Assembly: GCA_964016885.1 (NCBI GenBank)
Contig: CAXHJY010000928.1
Coordinates: forward strand, 62,001 to 126,000
DNA length: 64,000 bases
Origin: Eledone cirrhosa
Lineage: Eukaryota
Reading direction: 5' to 3'
Notes under the pieces: generated by a model
What the model was told of the DNA's origin: nothing
Databases searched by the model: none
The model's input: the letters and a program-made list of their open reading frames with translations, nothing else
Shown: positions 40,251 to 52,164 of the stretch, one piece after another
Layout of the letters: the number at the start of each line of letters is the position of its first letter
Position numbering within the stretch: position 1 is the stretch's first letter
Position numbers and translations under genes: made by a program

Positions 40251-40598
40251 TCATCATCATCATCATCATTTCATTTAACGTCCGCTTTTCCCTGCTTGCA
40301 AGGGTGGGACGGGAACTGATTCTGGCTTGATTTCTACAGCTGGATGCCCTTCCTAACACCAACCTCATTTACAGTGAGTGCAGGGTGCTTTTTTGCCGTG
40401 GCACCTACACGACCACTTTGCAGTGGAATGATATGGACCCCAGTCCCTATCATCTCATTTCTACAGCTGAGTAAACTGGAGCAATGTGAAATAAAGTGTC
40501 TTGCTCAAGGAAACAACACATCACCCGGTCTGAGAATTGAACTCACAACCTTTCGATTGCAAGGCCAATGCTCTAACCACTAAGCCATGTGCCTCCAT
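40251..40598 (-). mobile_element. Full-length tRNA-derived CORE-type SINE
   Basis: Minus strand reads TGGAGGCACATGGCTTAGTGGTTAGAGC...GAGTTCAATTCTC (A and B boxes), then a CORE-like segment, an RTE-type tail and (GAT)n. Confidence 0.9.
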
Positions 40599-40640
40599 TA
40601 TATATATATATATATATACTATAAAGTAAATATATCTATA

Positions 40641-40677
<37 letters not shown>

Positions 40678-40702
40678 TATAAAGTAAATATATATATATA
40701 TG

Positions 40703-42506
40703 TCATCATCATCATCATCATCACCGTTTTACGTCCGTTCTTCCACGCTAGCATGGGTTAGATGGGTTGTCCTGTTGTGGGCAGTGTCTGGTCGGCTGAC
40801 CATGCCTTGCTCATACAGGAACTGATCTGGCTTGATTTCTACAGCTGGATGCCTTTCCTAACACCAACCTCATTTACAGTGAGTGCTGGGTGCTTTTTCG
40901 TGGCGCCTACACGTCCACTTTACAGTGTGGGCTGGGTGCTTTTTTGCCGTGGCACCTCCACGACCACCTTGCGGTGGGAGGAGTGGGGGCATATTGTTTA
41001 TATGCTTCAGCATGTACCCATGGGAGGTCGGGTACCCTGTATTACTGCGTGACGCCAGAAGTCACGGTCGTGTGTCATTGTCTTTGAGAGGTGTAGTTGG
41101 GTAAGGTCGGCTTTTATCACCTCATCCCAAGTCATCTTGGGTCTCCCCACTCCGCGGTTTCCAGCAACTTCTAGTGCTCTGCACCTTTTTATGCAGCTGT
41201 CATCCTTCATACGCATCACATGTCCATACCTGCATAATCGCCTCTCCTGCACGCAGCATTTGATTCCTCTTATGCTCAGTCTCTCTCTCAATTCCTTTAT
41301 GCTTTGTCGTTCACGTATATTACTGTTACACATCCATCGGAGCATGCAGGCTTCGTTTCTCTCTAATCTACGTAAGTCTTCCACCTTCAGCGCCCAGGTC
41401 TCACTACCATGCAACATCGCTGTTCGGATACACGCATCATACAGTCTGCCTTTCATTCTGAGGGAGAAGCCTTTTGCAGCTAGCAGTGGTAGTAGTTCCC
41501 TAAACTTCTTCCATCCCGTTCTTACCCTAGTTATTGTACTTTCTGAGCACCCACCTCTGTTGCTAATTCGGTCACCTAGGTAGCAGAAGAGCTGTCTACT
41601 GTTTCTATAGGGCCCTCCCAGAGATTGGTGGTACTTGTTTCCTGTGGCTGTTTGCTTGCTGTTTCAGCACAGCTGCTGCATGTGAATCCTACATTCTTAA
41701 TTAAGCTTCCTGAGATCCCGCTACATCTCTTGTGTACCCATTGTTTGCATTTGGGGCAGAGAATGGAGTTCCTACCTACACCTTTCCTACATACTGAGCA
41801 AGGCCATTTCCCTGAGGGGATCTGGGTTCTGTTTTCTCGTCTACTTACAAGGACCTTAGTCTTTGACATGTTGACTTTGAGGCCCTTTCTCTCTAGTCCC
41901 TGCTTCCAGGTTTGGAATTTATTCTCTAGTTCTACCATAGATTCAGCTATGAGTGAGAGGTCATCAGCATACAGGAGTTCCCATGGGCATCCGGTCTTAA
42001 ACTCCTCCGTTATTGCCTGCAGGACAATGATGAACAGGAGAGGGCTAAGAACAGAGCCCTGGTGGACCCCAACCTGTACGCTAAATTCCTCGCTATACTC
42101 ATTGCTAATCCTAACTTTGCTGACTGCTCCCCTATACATGGCTTGTACCGCTTTCACAAGCCATTCATCTACTCCTAGTTTTCTAAGAGCCCACCAGATT
42201 ACTGCACGTGGAACTCTGTCAAAGGCTTTCTCAAGGTCGACAAATGCCAAGTAGAGTGGCTTGCTTTTAGCTAGGTACTTTTCCTGTAATTGCCTCACAA
42301 GGAAGAGGGCATCAGTGGTGCCTCTCCCTGGTACAAACCCAATTTGCATCTCGTCTATATACACCCGGTCCCTAATCAGCTGTGCTATAACTCTTTCTGT
42401 TACTTTCATGACCTGGTCCATCAACTTTATACCTCTATAGTTTCCTCTATCTAGTGCATCGCCTTTAACCTTGTAACAGTTGACAATGATGCTACTGCAC
42501 CAATCT
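40703..42506 (-). mobile_element. RTE LINE subfamily B, 5'-truncated, frameshifted
   Basis: ORFs 41576-42424 (RT with YADD, PHD-like cluster) and 41007-41456. Near-identical to 60888-63085. Confidence 0.95.
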
Positions 42507-42563
<57 letters not shown>

Positions 42564-42570
42564 TATAAAG

Positions 42571-42628
<58 letters not shown>

Positions 42629-42631
<3 letters not shown>

Positions 42632-44625
42632 GTACTCCTCATTTAACAATATACTCGTTTAACGATCTCTTGGAGTTACGAACAACTTAATGAATTGTAT
42701 ATAACAAAAATCTCTCGAAATTACGATTCGTTGACTCGTCAATAATATATTCGCTCAACGACAATATCTCGCAGTTACGATCTGCAGAGAACAGTGACAG
42801 CACAGTTGTGAGTGAAAGTGAACGCAGTTGTGTACGATAAGTTGGGCTGAGGCAACCGGCAGTGCTGAGCAGCCTCCAGCTCATCACCTCCGGCAGCGTC
42901 ATTCGCGTGTATCCACTGAACACAAGAAGTTACCAAGTATTTTTTCGTTTCGATACCGTTATATCCCTCAAGATGTCAGCAAAAAGAACCAGTACTACAC
43001 CAGGACCTATCCCAAGAAGTCAAGGAAATTCATTGATATAGAAACAAAGCTGAAGATCATCAAACAATATGAAGAAGGGGGTTAAAGTGAACGCAATTGC
43101 TGCTAGAATGAACTAGGCAAGTTCTACTATATCTACCATCCCCAAGGACAAAGAACGAGTGAAGGAGACGGCCAAGAACACAACGGGATACAATGATTTG
43201 ATAACAAGACAGTGAAAAGGCCTGATACATGAAATGGAGAAATTGTTGGCCCTGTGGTTTGATGACCAAATAGCCAAACGAATGCCAATGAGTCTTCATA
43301 TTATTCAAAGCAAGGCGCGCAGCATCTTCGAGAAACTCAAGTCACGTGAGGGAGACGAGTGTACTGAAACGTTTACGGCAAGCCACGGTTGGTTCCAGCG
43401 ATTTCGTCGTCGATTTAATTTGCAGAACCGTTGTATTACTGGTGAAGCAGCAAGTGCTGATACGGAAGCAGCAAGTGCTGATACGGAAGCAGCAAAAACA
43501 TTCCTCGATGTTTTAGACAAGATTATCGAGGAAGGAGACTATCGCCTGGAACAAATGTTCAGTGTCGACGAAACTGGCCTCTTTTGGAAAAAAATGCCTG
43601 AAAGAACGTATCTTCACACAGAAGCTAAAAGTATGCCTGGCTTCAAGGCATTCAAGGATAGAGTGACGTTGCTTTCAGGCGGAAATGTTGCGGGGCATAA
43701 GTTGAAACTATATTTCATTTATCGCTCCCAAACCCCACATCCATTAAAGAACGTGAACAAACTCACGCTGCCTGTGTTTTATCGGGCAAACAACAAGGCA
43801 TGGATGACGCAATCTTTGTTTGAGGACTGGTTCATCAACTGCTTTATATCTGCAGCCAGGGAATACTGCCTTGAAAACAACATTCCCTTCAAGATTCTAC
43901 TTCTCCTCGATAATGCCCCAGGCCACCCCCAACATATTGATGACCTGCATCCTAATGTTAAAGTAGTGTATCTGCTCAAAAATACGACGTCAATTCTTCA
44001 ACCAATGGACCAGGGGGTGATATCTACTTTCAAGGCGTATTATTTACGAACTACTTTTGCACAGGCAGTAACAGCAACGGAGGATGACGTAATGCATCTT
44101 CGTGAATTTTGGAAAGATTTTAATATTGTCAACTGCATCAAGAACATCGACGGAGCTTGGCGGGATGTGAGTGAAAAATGTATGAAAGCTGTATAGAAGT
44201 GCTTGAAAAGGTTTGTTAATAATTTTGAAGGTTTTGATAAAAATTCAGATTTTGAAGTGATAAGTAATAAAATTGTTGGTCTTGCTCAAAAGTTGCGGTT
44301 GGAAGTGGATGTGCAAGATGTGGAAAATTTAGTGAACTTTGTTGAAGGAGAGTTGACTGACGAAGATTTAATAGAATTGGAAGAGCAGCGACATAGAGAA
44401 GAGTTGGAAGAAGCAGCAGAACAACCAGATGAGGAACAGAAAAAGTTCACTGTTAAGGGCTTGGCGGAAGTATTCACGCATATGAGTAAGGCGATGTCAG
44501 GATTGGAGGCAATGGATCCTAACATTGAACGCTTGGCAAAATTTCAAAGACATGTGGAAGATGGACTACGTTGCTATCGTGAAATTTATGATGAGAAAAA
44601 AAAGCAAACAAAATAGTCGACGCCA
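42629..44625 (+). mobile_element. Tigger/pogo DNA transposon, degenerate transposase, right end lost
   Basis: Left end TA|CAGGTACTCCTC. CENP-B-like HTHs (RKFIDIETKLKII; MEKLLALW...FTASHGWFQRFRRR) and DDE_1 motifs (DETGLFWK, LLLLDNAPGH, QPMDQGVI) in ORF 43234-44196, continued in 44203-44616. Confidence 0.92.
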
Positions 44626-46145
44626 CTGCTAACTTTGACAGGGTTTGATTTTACTCCTTCGACTGCATGATGTTGGGTTCTGTCTGGCAGGAAACATTTG
44701 ATCCACTGTAGTAACTTTCCAGAGACACCAATATTGGATAGTTTTTTCAGTAGAATCTTATGAGTAACCCCACCCTGTCAAAGACCTTGCTGAAATCAAG
44801 GTAGATGACATCAGTGTTGGAGCCCTCTCCCAAGGCTCTCAAAACATTGTCAAAGTGATGCAGGAGCTGCATTAGGCAGTCTCTTCCATTACGGAACCCA
44901 TGTTGGTTGGAGTTCAGCAGGCCGTTGCTTTCAAGAAAGTGGGTTATCCGTGATCTGACCACCCTCTCAAATACCTTGATAATATGAGAGGTGAGTGAGA
45001 TCGGACGGTAGTTCACTGCAAGGGACTTATTTCCCTTTTTGAAGACTGGAACAACAGACTGGGCCAGAAAGTCTTCAGGAATATAGCCAGTGTCCAGTGA
45101 GTTCCTCCACAGATTAGCAAGAGGAGATGCAAGTTGGTGTCGACACACCTTCAGGACACAAGCAGGGAACCTATCGGGGCCTACTGCTGAATTGTGTTTA
45201 ATTTCGTTTATTGCCGCTAAGACATCAGGGGCGCCAAACGTTATGTCCAATATAGTGTGTTGGGGGTTAATATCACTGATACGGCCCAGATCAGCCATAT
45301 CAGGGTTGCTGAAAACAGAGCAGTATTGTTTCTGTAGTATCTCGCCCATGGTTTTGGCATTGTCCTGGTGAGTGCCATTTTCATCAACTAGGGGGCCAAC
45401 AGTGGAGACAGTGACCTTGTGTTTTTTAGCAAATGAGAAGAACACTTTGGGGTTGAGTGTGGTTTTCTCAATGGCTCACCTCTCTTCAGTTATTCTCTGA
45501 TTATTGATGATGGTCATCATGCATTGTTGGAGGTTATATTTATTTGACTCAAGCAGGGTGATAGCCATCGAATGTGTGTGTTGCTGTTGGCAGTATTTTA
45601 GTGTGTTATTTTTTTTGTTTGTTCTTTTTATTTTTCTGATAATTGTTTTTCTGTTTTGGGGGATACTGCACTTAGTTTTGTTCACAGGTTTTGGTGGGGT
45701 GTGTTTTGTACATATATTTGTGACAGTGTCTACAAAGATCTGCCAAGATGTTTTGATGTTGGTGGAAGTGTAAAAGACCAGTCGACATGTGATAGTTTGT
45801 TCATAATTGCATCCCAGTTGGCATTGTAGAGATCCATGTTATCAAATGGGTGGGCTGGAGAGAGGTCACTAGGATTAGCTTTCAGCTGGTGGAATCTCAG
45901 GTTACAAAGAACCATGTCATAGTCTGAGAGAAGGGTTTTTTCTACTGTAATATTATGTATAGTGTTATTGTGGTTACTAAACACTAGGTCCAAAATGTTC
46001 TTCTGGTGTCTTGTTGGTGCAAGGACAAGTTGGGATAAGAAAAACTCATTCATGAAGTCAAGAAGTGACTCGACTGCTTCTTTGTCAGTGGTTGAGGCTG
46101 TGGAGCCTGGTTTCAAACTGTTTGTAGACCAATCGACAATGTTTA
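44625..46145 (-). mobile_element. CR1-type LINE internal fragment (endonuclease end, linker, RT N-terminal half)
   Basis: ORF 45730-46275 has QLV.APTR...NILDLVFSN...SD. ORF 44747-45445 has GPD, PVFKKG, NYRPISLTS, QHGFR.GR.C and DVIYLDFSK.FDRV. Confidence 0.88.
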
Positions 46146-46234
46146 TAAATACATATATGCATATACATATATGCATATACATGTATATGCATATATGTAT
46201 ATATTTATGTATGTATATATGTGTATATATATAT

Positions 46235-46525
46235 ATAGGAAAAAGGTCGGCGTCATACTTTTTCCTATTTCCCACTCTACTACCCTAAGTATTGAGTACT
46301 CTGGTGCGTTATGGTCCATCTGGTTCCTTACCACAATTCTTTGTTATATATGTATGTATAGGAAAAAGTATGACCCCGACGGCAGAGCTCAAGCCGTTTC
46401 GAAACGGCGTGAGCTCTGCCGTCGGGGTCATACTTTTTCCTATTACCCACTCTTCTACTACATTAAGTATTGAGTACTCTGGTGCGTTATGATCCATCTG
46501 GTTCGTTACCACAACTCCTTTGTTA
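46235..46525 (+). mobile_element. Two tandem miniature fold-back elements (hairpin plus shared ~80-bp tail); the second contains the 3' half of a hammerhead
   Basis: Units 46235-46346 and 46358-46525 share the tail. A palindrome at 46358-46443 is centred on TTTC|GAAA. Confidence 0.7.
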
Positions 46526-46557
46526 TGTATGTATATATATATATGTATATATATATA

Positions 46558-47815
46558 TCTAACTCTCATAGCTGAATCTATGACTGAACTAGAGAAGAAA
46601 TTCCAAACATGGAAGAATGGCCTAGAATCAAAAGGCCTTAAAATTAACCTGTCTAAGGCTAAAGTTCTAGTTTGTAGGAAGGAAAATAAGGCACAGGCCA
46701 TGCTCAGTGTGTAGGAAAAGAGTAGGCAGGAACTCCATTTTATGTCAAAAATGCAAAGTATGGGTGCATAAAAGATGTAGTGGGATCACAGGTAAGCTAA
46801 CTAAGAATATAGATTTTATATGTGGTCGGTGCTCTGGTGCAATAAGTAGCAGCAAGTGCCCACAAAATACTAGCTCATTCCATTGCACAGATGGTTCTAT
46901 AGAAATAGTGGACACCTTCCGTTACTTGAGTGACAAAATCAGCAGTGGTGGAGGGTGCTCTGAAAGTACAGTAGCTAGAGTCAGAACTGGATGGAAAAAG
47001 TTCAGAGAGCTTATACCACTATTAGCCGCTAAAGGGTTCTCTCTAAAAATGAAAGGCAGGTTGTATGATGCCTGCATACGAACAGCAATGTTACATGGCA
47101 GTGAGACCTGGGCATTGTGTGCAGAGGATATACGCAGATTGGAGAGGAACGAAGCTTGCATGCTCCGCTGGATGTGTAATAGTAATATACGTGAACGGCA
47201 AAGCATAAACGAACTAAGGGAGAAATTAGAAATTAGAAATTTCTAAAGACTACATTGGTATGGTCACGTGATGCGCATGAAAGACGACAGCTGTATAAAA
47301 AAGTGCAGGGCAATAAAAATAGACGGTAGCCACGGAGTAGGCAGACCCAGAAAAACCTGGGACGACCTGATAAATTGCGACCTCACACACTTACACCTCT
47401 CCAAGACAATGTCACTTGACCGAGATCTTTGGCGCTACACAGTAATACAGAAGACCCGCCTTGCCTAAGTACAAAGCGATACCTACAGTCAGTAGGCACC
47501 TCCTAACCAAAAATACACCCCCATGCCACTACCCTTACCCCCACCCCCATCTACACCTAAAGTTATGTTGGTACCACAACATCCAGTCCTAAATAAATGA
47601 GGTCGTGTAGGTGTCACGACAAAAAACACACGCTGTAATGTGGCTGTGTAGGCAACACGGTAAAAACCTCCCAGACCCTCACTGTAAACGAGGTTGGTGT
47701 TAGGAAGAGCATCCAGCTGTAGAAAACCAACCAGACAACCAATCTTGCCTCACGTGGGACAATAACTGTCTAAACCCATGCTAGCGTGGAAGATAGACGT
47801 TAAACGACGATGATT
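46558..47815 (+). mobile_element. RTE LINE subfamily A, 5'-truncated, degenerate
   Basis: ORFs 46520-46714 (part), 46707-47246 and 47268-47468, followed by the 3' UTR and a GAT tail. Confidence 0.9.
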
Positions 47816-47847
47816 ATGTATGTATGTATATATATATATATATATAA

Positions 47848-48261
47848 TCACTGGGAGAGATGACCCCTTAGCCTTTGTCAAGGCAGAATTCTAGGAGAAG
47901 GAAAACTCTGATATAACACCTGCAACCCTGATGGTATCCAATGATGTTGACTTGTTCTTCTTTTTGGTAAATATCATCTTGGTTAAGAGAGTGGGACTGG
48001 CTTTGTGCAGTGCCTTTGCTCACTATAAAAGCTTCACAGCACAGGCATTGCTTTATATCTGGAGATCTCTCTGCACTTGTCATCACATGGTACCATGGGC
48101 CCTGCACTATGTGTCAATAATGGTCACAAGTGTAGTCTTTGTACCAGAGTTTTCAAGTCGCTGGCTGGACTAAAAAGTCACATTCGTTCAGCGCATCGGT
48201 AGGGGTTCTCCTACATGGATATAAAGTAGTGGCCGTACTCGAAAACGAGTTGGCAGCCACC
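47848..48261 (+). mobile_element. Non-coding retroposed family X, 5'-truncated copy
   Basis: Highly similar to 55098-55512 with the same 3' end. (TA)n flanks. Confidence 0.75.
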
Positions 48262-48287
48262 ATATATATATAAAAATATATATATAT

Positions 48288-49493
48288 ATAGGAAGGAAAA
48301 TAGGGCACCGGTCCCATCTGAGAAATGGCCATGCTCAGTGTGTAGGAAAGGAGTAGGCAGAAACTCCATTTTATGTCCCAAATGCAAAGTATGGGTGCAT
48401 AAAAGATGTAGTGGGATCACAGGTAAGCTAACTAAGAATATAGATTTTATATGTGGCCGGTGCTCTGGTGCAATAAGTAGCAGCAAGTGCCCACAGAATA
48501 CTAGCTCATTCCATTGCACAGATGGTTCTATAGAAATAGTGGACACCTTCCGTTACCTGAGTGACAAAATCAGCAGTGGGGGAGGGTGCTCTGAAAGTAC
48601 AGTAGCTAGAGTCAGAACTGGATGGAAAAAATTCAGAGAGCTTATACCACTATTAGCCGCTAAAGGGTTCTCCCTAAAAACGAAAGGCAGGTTGTATGAT
48701 GCCTGAATACGAACAGCAATGTTACATGGCAGTGAGACCTGGGCATTGTGTGCAGAGGATCTACGTAGACTGGAGAGGAACGAAGCTTGCATGCTCCGCT
48801 GGATGTGTAATAGTAATATACGTGAATGGCAAAGCATAAACGAACTAAGGGAGAAATTAGGAATAAGAGGGATCAGATGTTGTTTACTCGAGAGAAGACT
48901 ACGTTGGTATGGTCACGTGATGCGCATGAAAGACGACAGCTGTATAACAAAGCGCAGGGCAATAAAAATAGACGGTAGCCATGGAGTAGGCAGACCCAGA
49001 AAAACCTGGGACGACTTGATAAATTCCAACCTCACACACTTACACCTCTCCAAGACAATGTCACTGGACCAAGATCTTTGGCGCTACACAGTAATACAGA
49101 AGACCTGCCTTGCTTAAATACAAAGCGAAACCTACAGTCAGTAGGCACCTCTAACAAAATACACCCCCCCCCCGTCCCACTACCCCCACACCACCCCTTT
49201 CAATGTAAAGTTATGTTGGTACCACAACATCCAGTCCGAAACAAATGAGGTCGTGTAGGTGTCACGACAAAACACACACAGTCCACGCTGTAATGTGGCC
49301 GTGTAGGTAACACGGTAAAAACCTCCCAGTTCCACACTGTAAATGTGGTTGGTGTTAGGAAGGGCATCCAGCCGTAGAAAACCCGCCAGACAGTCCTATA
49401 CGAGCAGGACAACCAATCTTGCCTCAAGTGGGAAAACTCCCATCCAAACCCATGCAAGCGTGGAAGATGGACGTTAAACGATGAAGATGATGA
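48288..49493 (+). mobile_element. RTE LINE subfamily A, 5'-truncated
   Basis: ORFs 48338-48706 and 48719-49117 are split by a TGA. 3' UTR and GAT tail follow. Confidence 0.92.
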
Positions 49494-50118
<625 letters not shown>

Positions 50119-50257
50119 ACAAATAAAATACAATACAGAGTTACTAACTCATATTGATACCCTGCAATTAACAAGCTCAAAGTATAAATACTGAGCATTG
50201 TACCAGTAATACACTGGAATAATTGCTGGCCTTGTGCCTAAAGTAGAAACAATTATA

Positions 50258-50856
50258 TAATAATATATGTAGAAATAAACACTAAATTTTGTGTCTAAAA
50301 TTACGAGGGAAGAAAATACCACAATTGTTTTATATATTTAAACTGAATCATACAATAGGATATAGAATTTCATATACAGACCGTATTAATAACCATTTCA
50401 TCTCTTGGACAGATTAGAGATTTAATCTGTTTCGCCCTGAACATTGTGTTTGTAACAGATAATCCGTAGGCTTTCCTCAGCGAGAGATTAGATCAAATGA
50501 AACAAAACACATTTAACAACAACTCACAGGAGTAAATACAACTCGTGGGTTGCACACTATACGTGGTATGAGTGGTTATGCTAGAAATAATAGCCTTATT
50601 ACACGCAACTTATAAGCTCACCTAGTTAGGGAGCCGAAATACAAATAAAATACAAAGTTATTAACTCATATTGATACCCTGATAAACAGATTAAACCTCT
50701 AATCTGTCCGAGAGATGAAATGGTTATTGATATGGTCTGTATAGAATTATATCCTACTGTATGTTTCAGGTTAAATATATAAAACATTTATGGCATTCTC
50801 TACCCTCGTAATTTTAGACACGGAATTTACTGTGTTTATTTCTACATTTATTATTA
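50258..50856 (-). mobile_element. Fold-back element with ~175-bp diverged inverted arms (50258-50432 / 50684-50856), probable Penelope-like pLTR relic
   Basis: The arms align as reverse complements. The element contains a hammerhead motif. Confidence 0.65.
50400..50488 (-). ncRNA. Type I hammerhead ribozyme motif
   Basis: Minus strand: ATCTCTCG-CTGAGGA-AA-GCCT..GGGC-GAAA-CAGATTA-aatctc-TAATCTG-TC-CAAGAGAT. All three stems and a GUC site are present. There is a 2-nt insertion after the core and one stem I mismatch. Confidence 0.75.
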
Positions 50857-51279
50857 TGTATGTATATATATATATATATATATGTATGTATATATATATA
50901 TATCTTCTATGTAGAGAAAAAAATGTTGTATCGTGCTGCTATTTCTAGTAACATGAAATTTCAACAAGTCTATAATTCCCGCTTTTTCCTAATGGCCTAT
51001 TTATGTGTAGGTCACTTTAACGGCCTGACATTGGGCAGAAAGCAATAAATTTACTACTACAAGGCTTTTGTGCCCTGTGGTATGGAAATAGCTGTCTGAA
51101 GAGCTGATTCTTTCCATTGGAAATTCTCTGAATTTCCAATCTTTGGATAAGCGAAACCGTCGGTCACAGCACTAGAACAGGTGAATATCTAAATCGTATT
51201 TTAATTTATTTAAAAGATTGTTTAATGTTTACTTGTTCCGCTCATTTTTTTTATATATATATATATGTATGTATATATG

Positions 51280-51310
<31 letters not shown>

Positions 51311-51316
51311 GTATGT

Positions 51317-51641
51317 ATATTGAAAGTGTGAAGAATAACATGGTCAACAGTACAAAAAAGGGTTTTATTTACAGTCTTAACAAATGTTTCACTGATTAAG
51401 TTGTCTAAAAATTGCTGAACACTTAAAGCTGTGCCACTCAATTTTAAATACGTTGTTAGCTTAACCAGATCATTAGTTCTTCTGATGATCTGGTTAAGCT
51501 AACATTGTATTTAAAATTGAGTGGCACAGCTTCAAGTCTTCAGCAATTTTTAGACAACTTAATCAGTGAAACATTTGTTAAGACTGTAAATAAAACCCTT
51601 TTTTGTACTGTTGACCATGTTATTCTTCACACTTTCAATAT
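51317..51641. repeat. Near-perfect 325-bp palindrome (160-bp arms, 5-nt centre TTCTT at 51477-51481)
   Basis: The arms are reverse complements with a few mismatches. The left end abuts (TA)n. Confidence 0.95.
51478..51585 (+). ncRNA. Type I hammerhead-like motif with long stem II
   Basis: TCTT-CTGATGA-t-CTGGTTAAG...CTTAATCAG-t-GAAA-CATTTG-TT-AAGA. Stem II has 9 bp plus an inner AAAATTG/CAATTTT helix. Stem III is short and near-palindromic. The pair closing stem II is a T-T mismatch. Confidence 0.6.
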
Positions 51642-51867
51642 TATTAGTCCAAGATAAACTTACATAGGAATACAACAGAACTCATAAACTCGCCACCTAC
51701 GTAAACCCCTTGTTGAGTCAAACAACAGCGTACACTAAAACTATCCACAATATGAAGTATTCACAACCTCTAACTGGATTACCTATAACGATATTTTGTT
51801 ATCCCTTATATGTATGTATATATATAGATATATATGTTTATCTCTCTCTCTCTCTCTTTCGCTCTCG

Positions 51868-51907
<40 letters not shown>

Positions 51908-52164
51908 GTTCTTCTGCTTTTATAATTTCACAAATTTTTCCCAATAGAGAGAGAGTCGGTTTCTAACATAGACACAAGACTCTCTCACTGGAATTTACAC
52001 ATCAACTAGGTAGATATGTATGCATGCTTGCATGTGTAGATATGGATGTTATTGTATGTGTGCATGTGGATGTTTTGAGTTGTATGTGTGTATATGCTTT
52101 GCATCTGTATATGTGTATATGCAGTTATTAGATGCAAAATATTTGGAATGTTTTACATATTTTA

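Noticed and set aside
40520-40598. tRNA gene
   Set aside because: It is the tRNA-derived head of a SINE, continuous with CORE and tail sequence in several copies.
43444-43492. 21-bp tandem duplication in the Tigger ORF (AASADTE x2)
   Set aside because: Ordinary slippage in a decayed copy.
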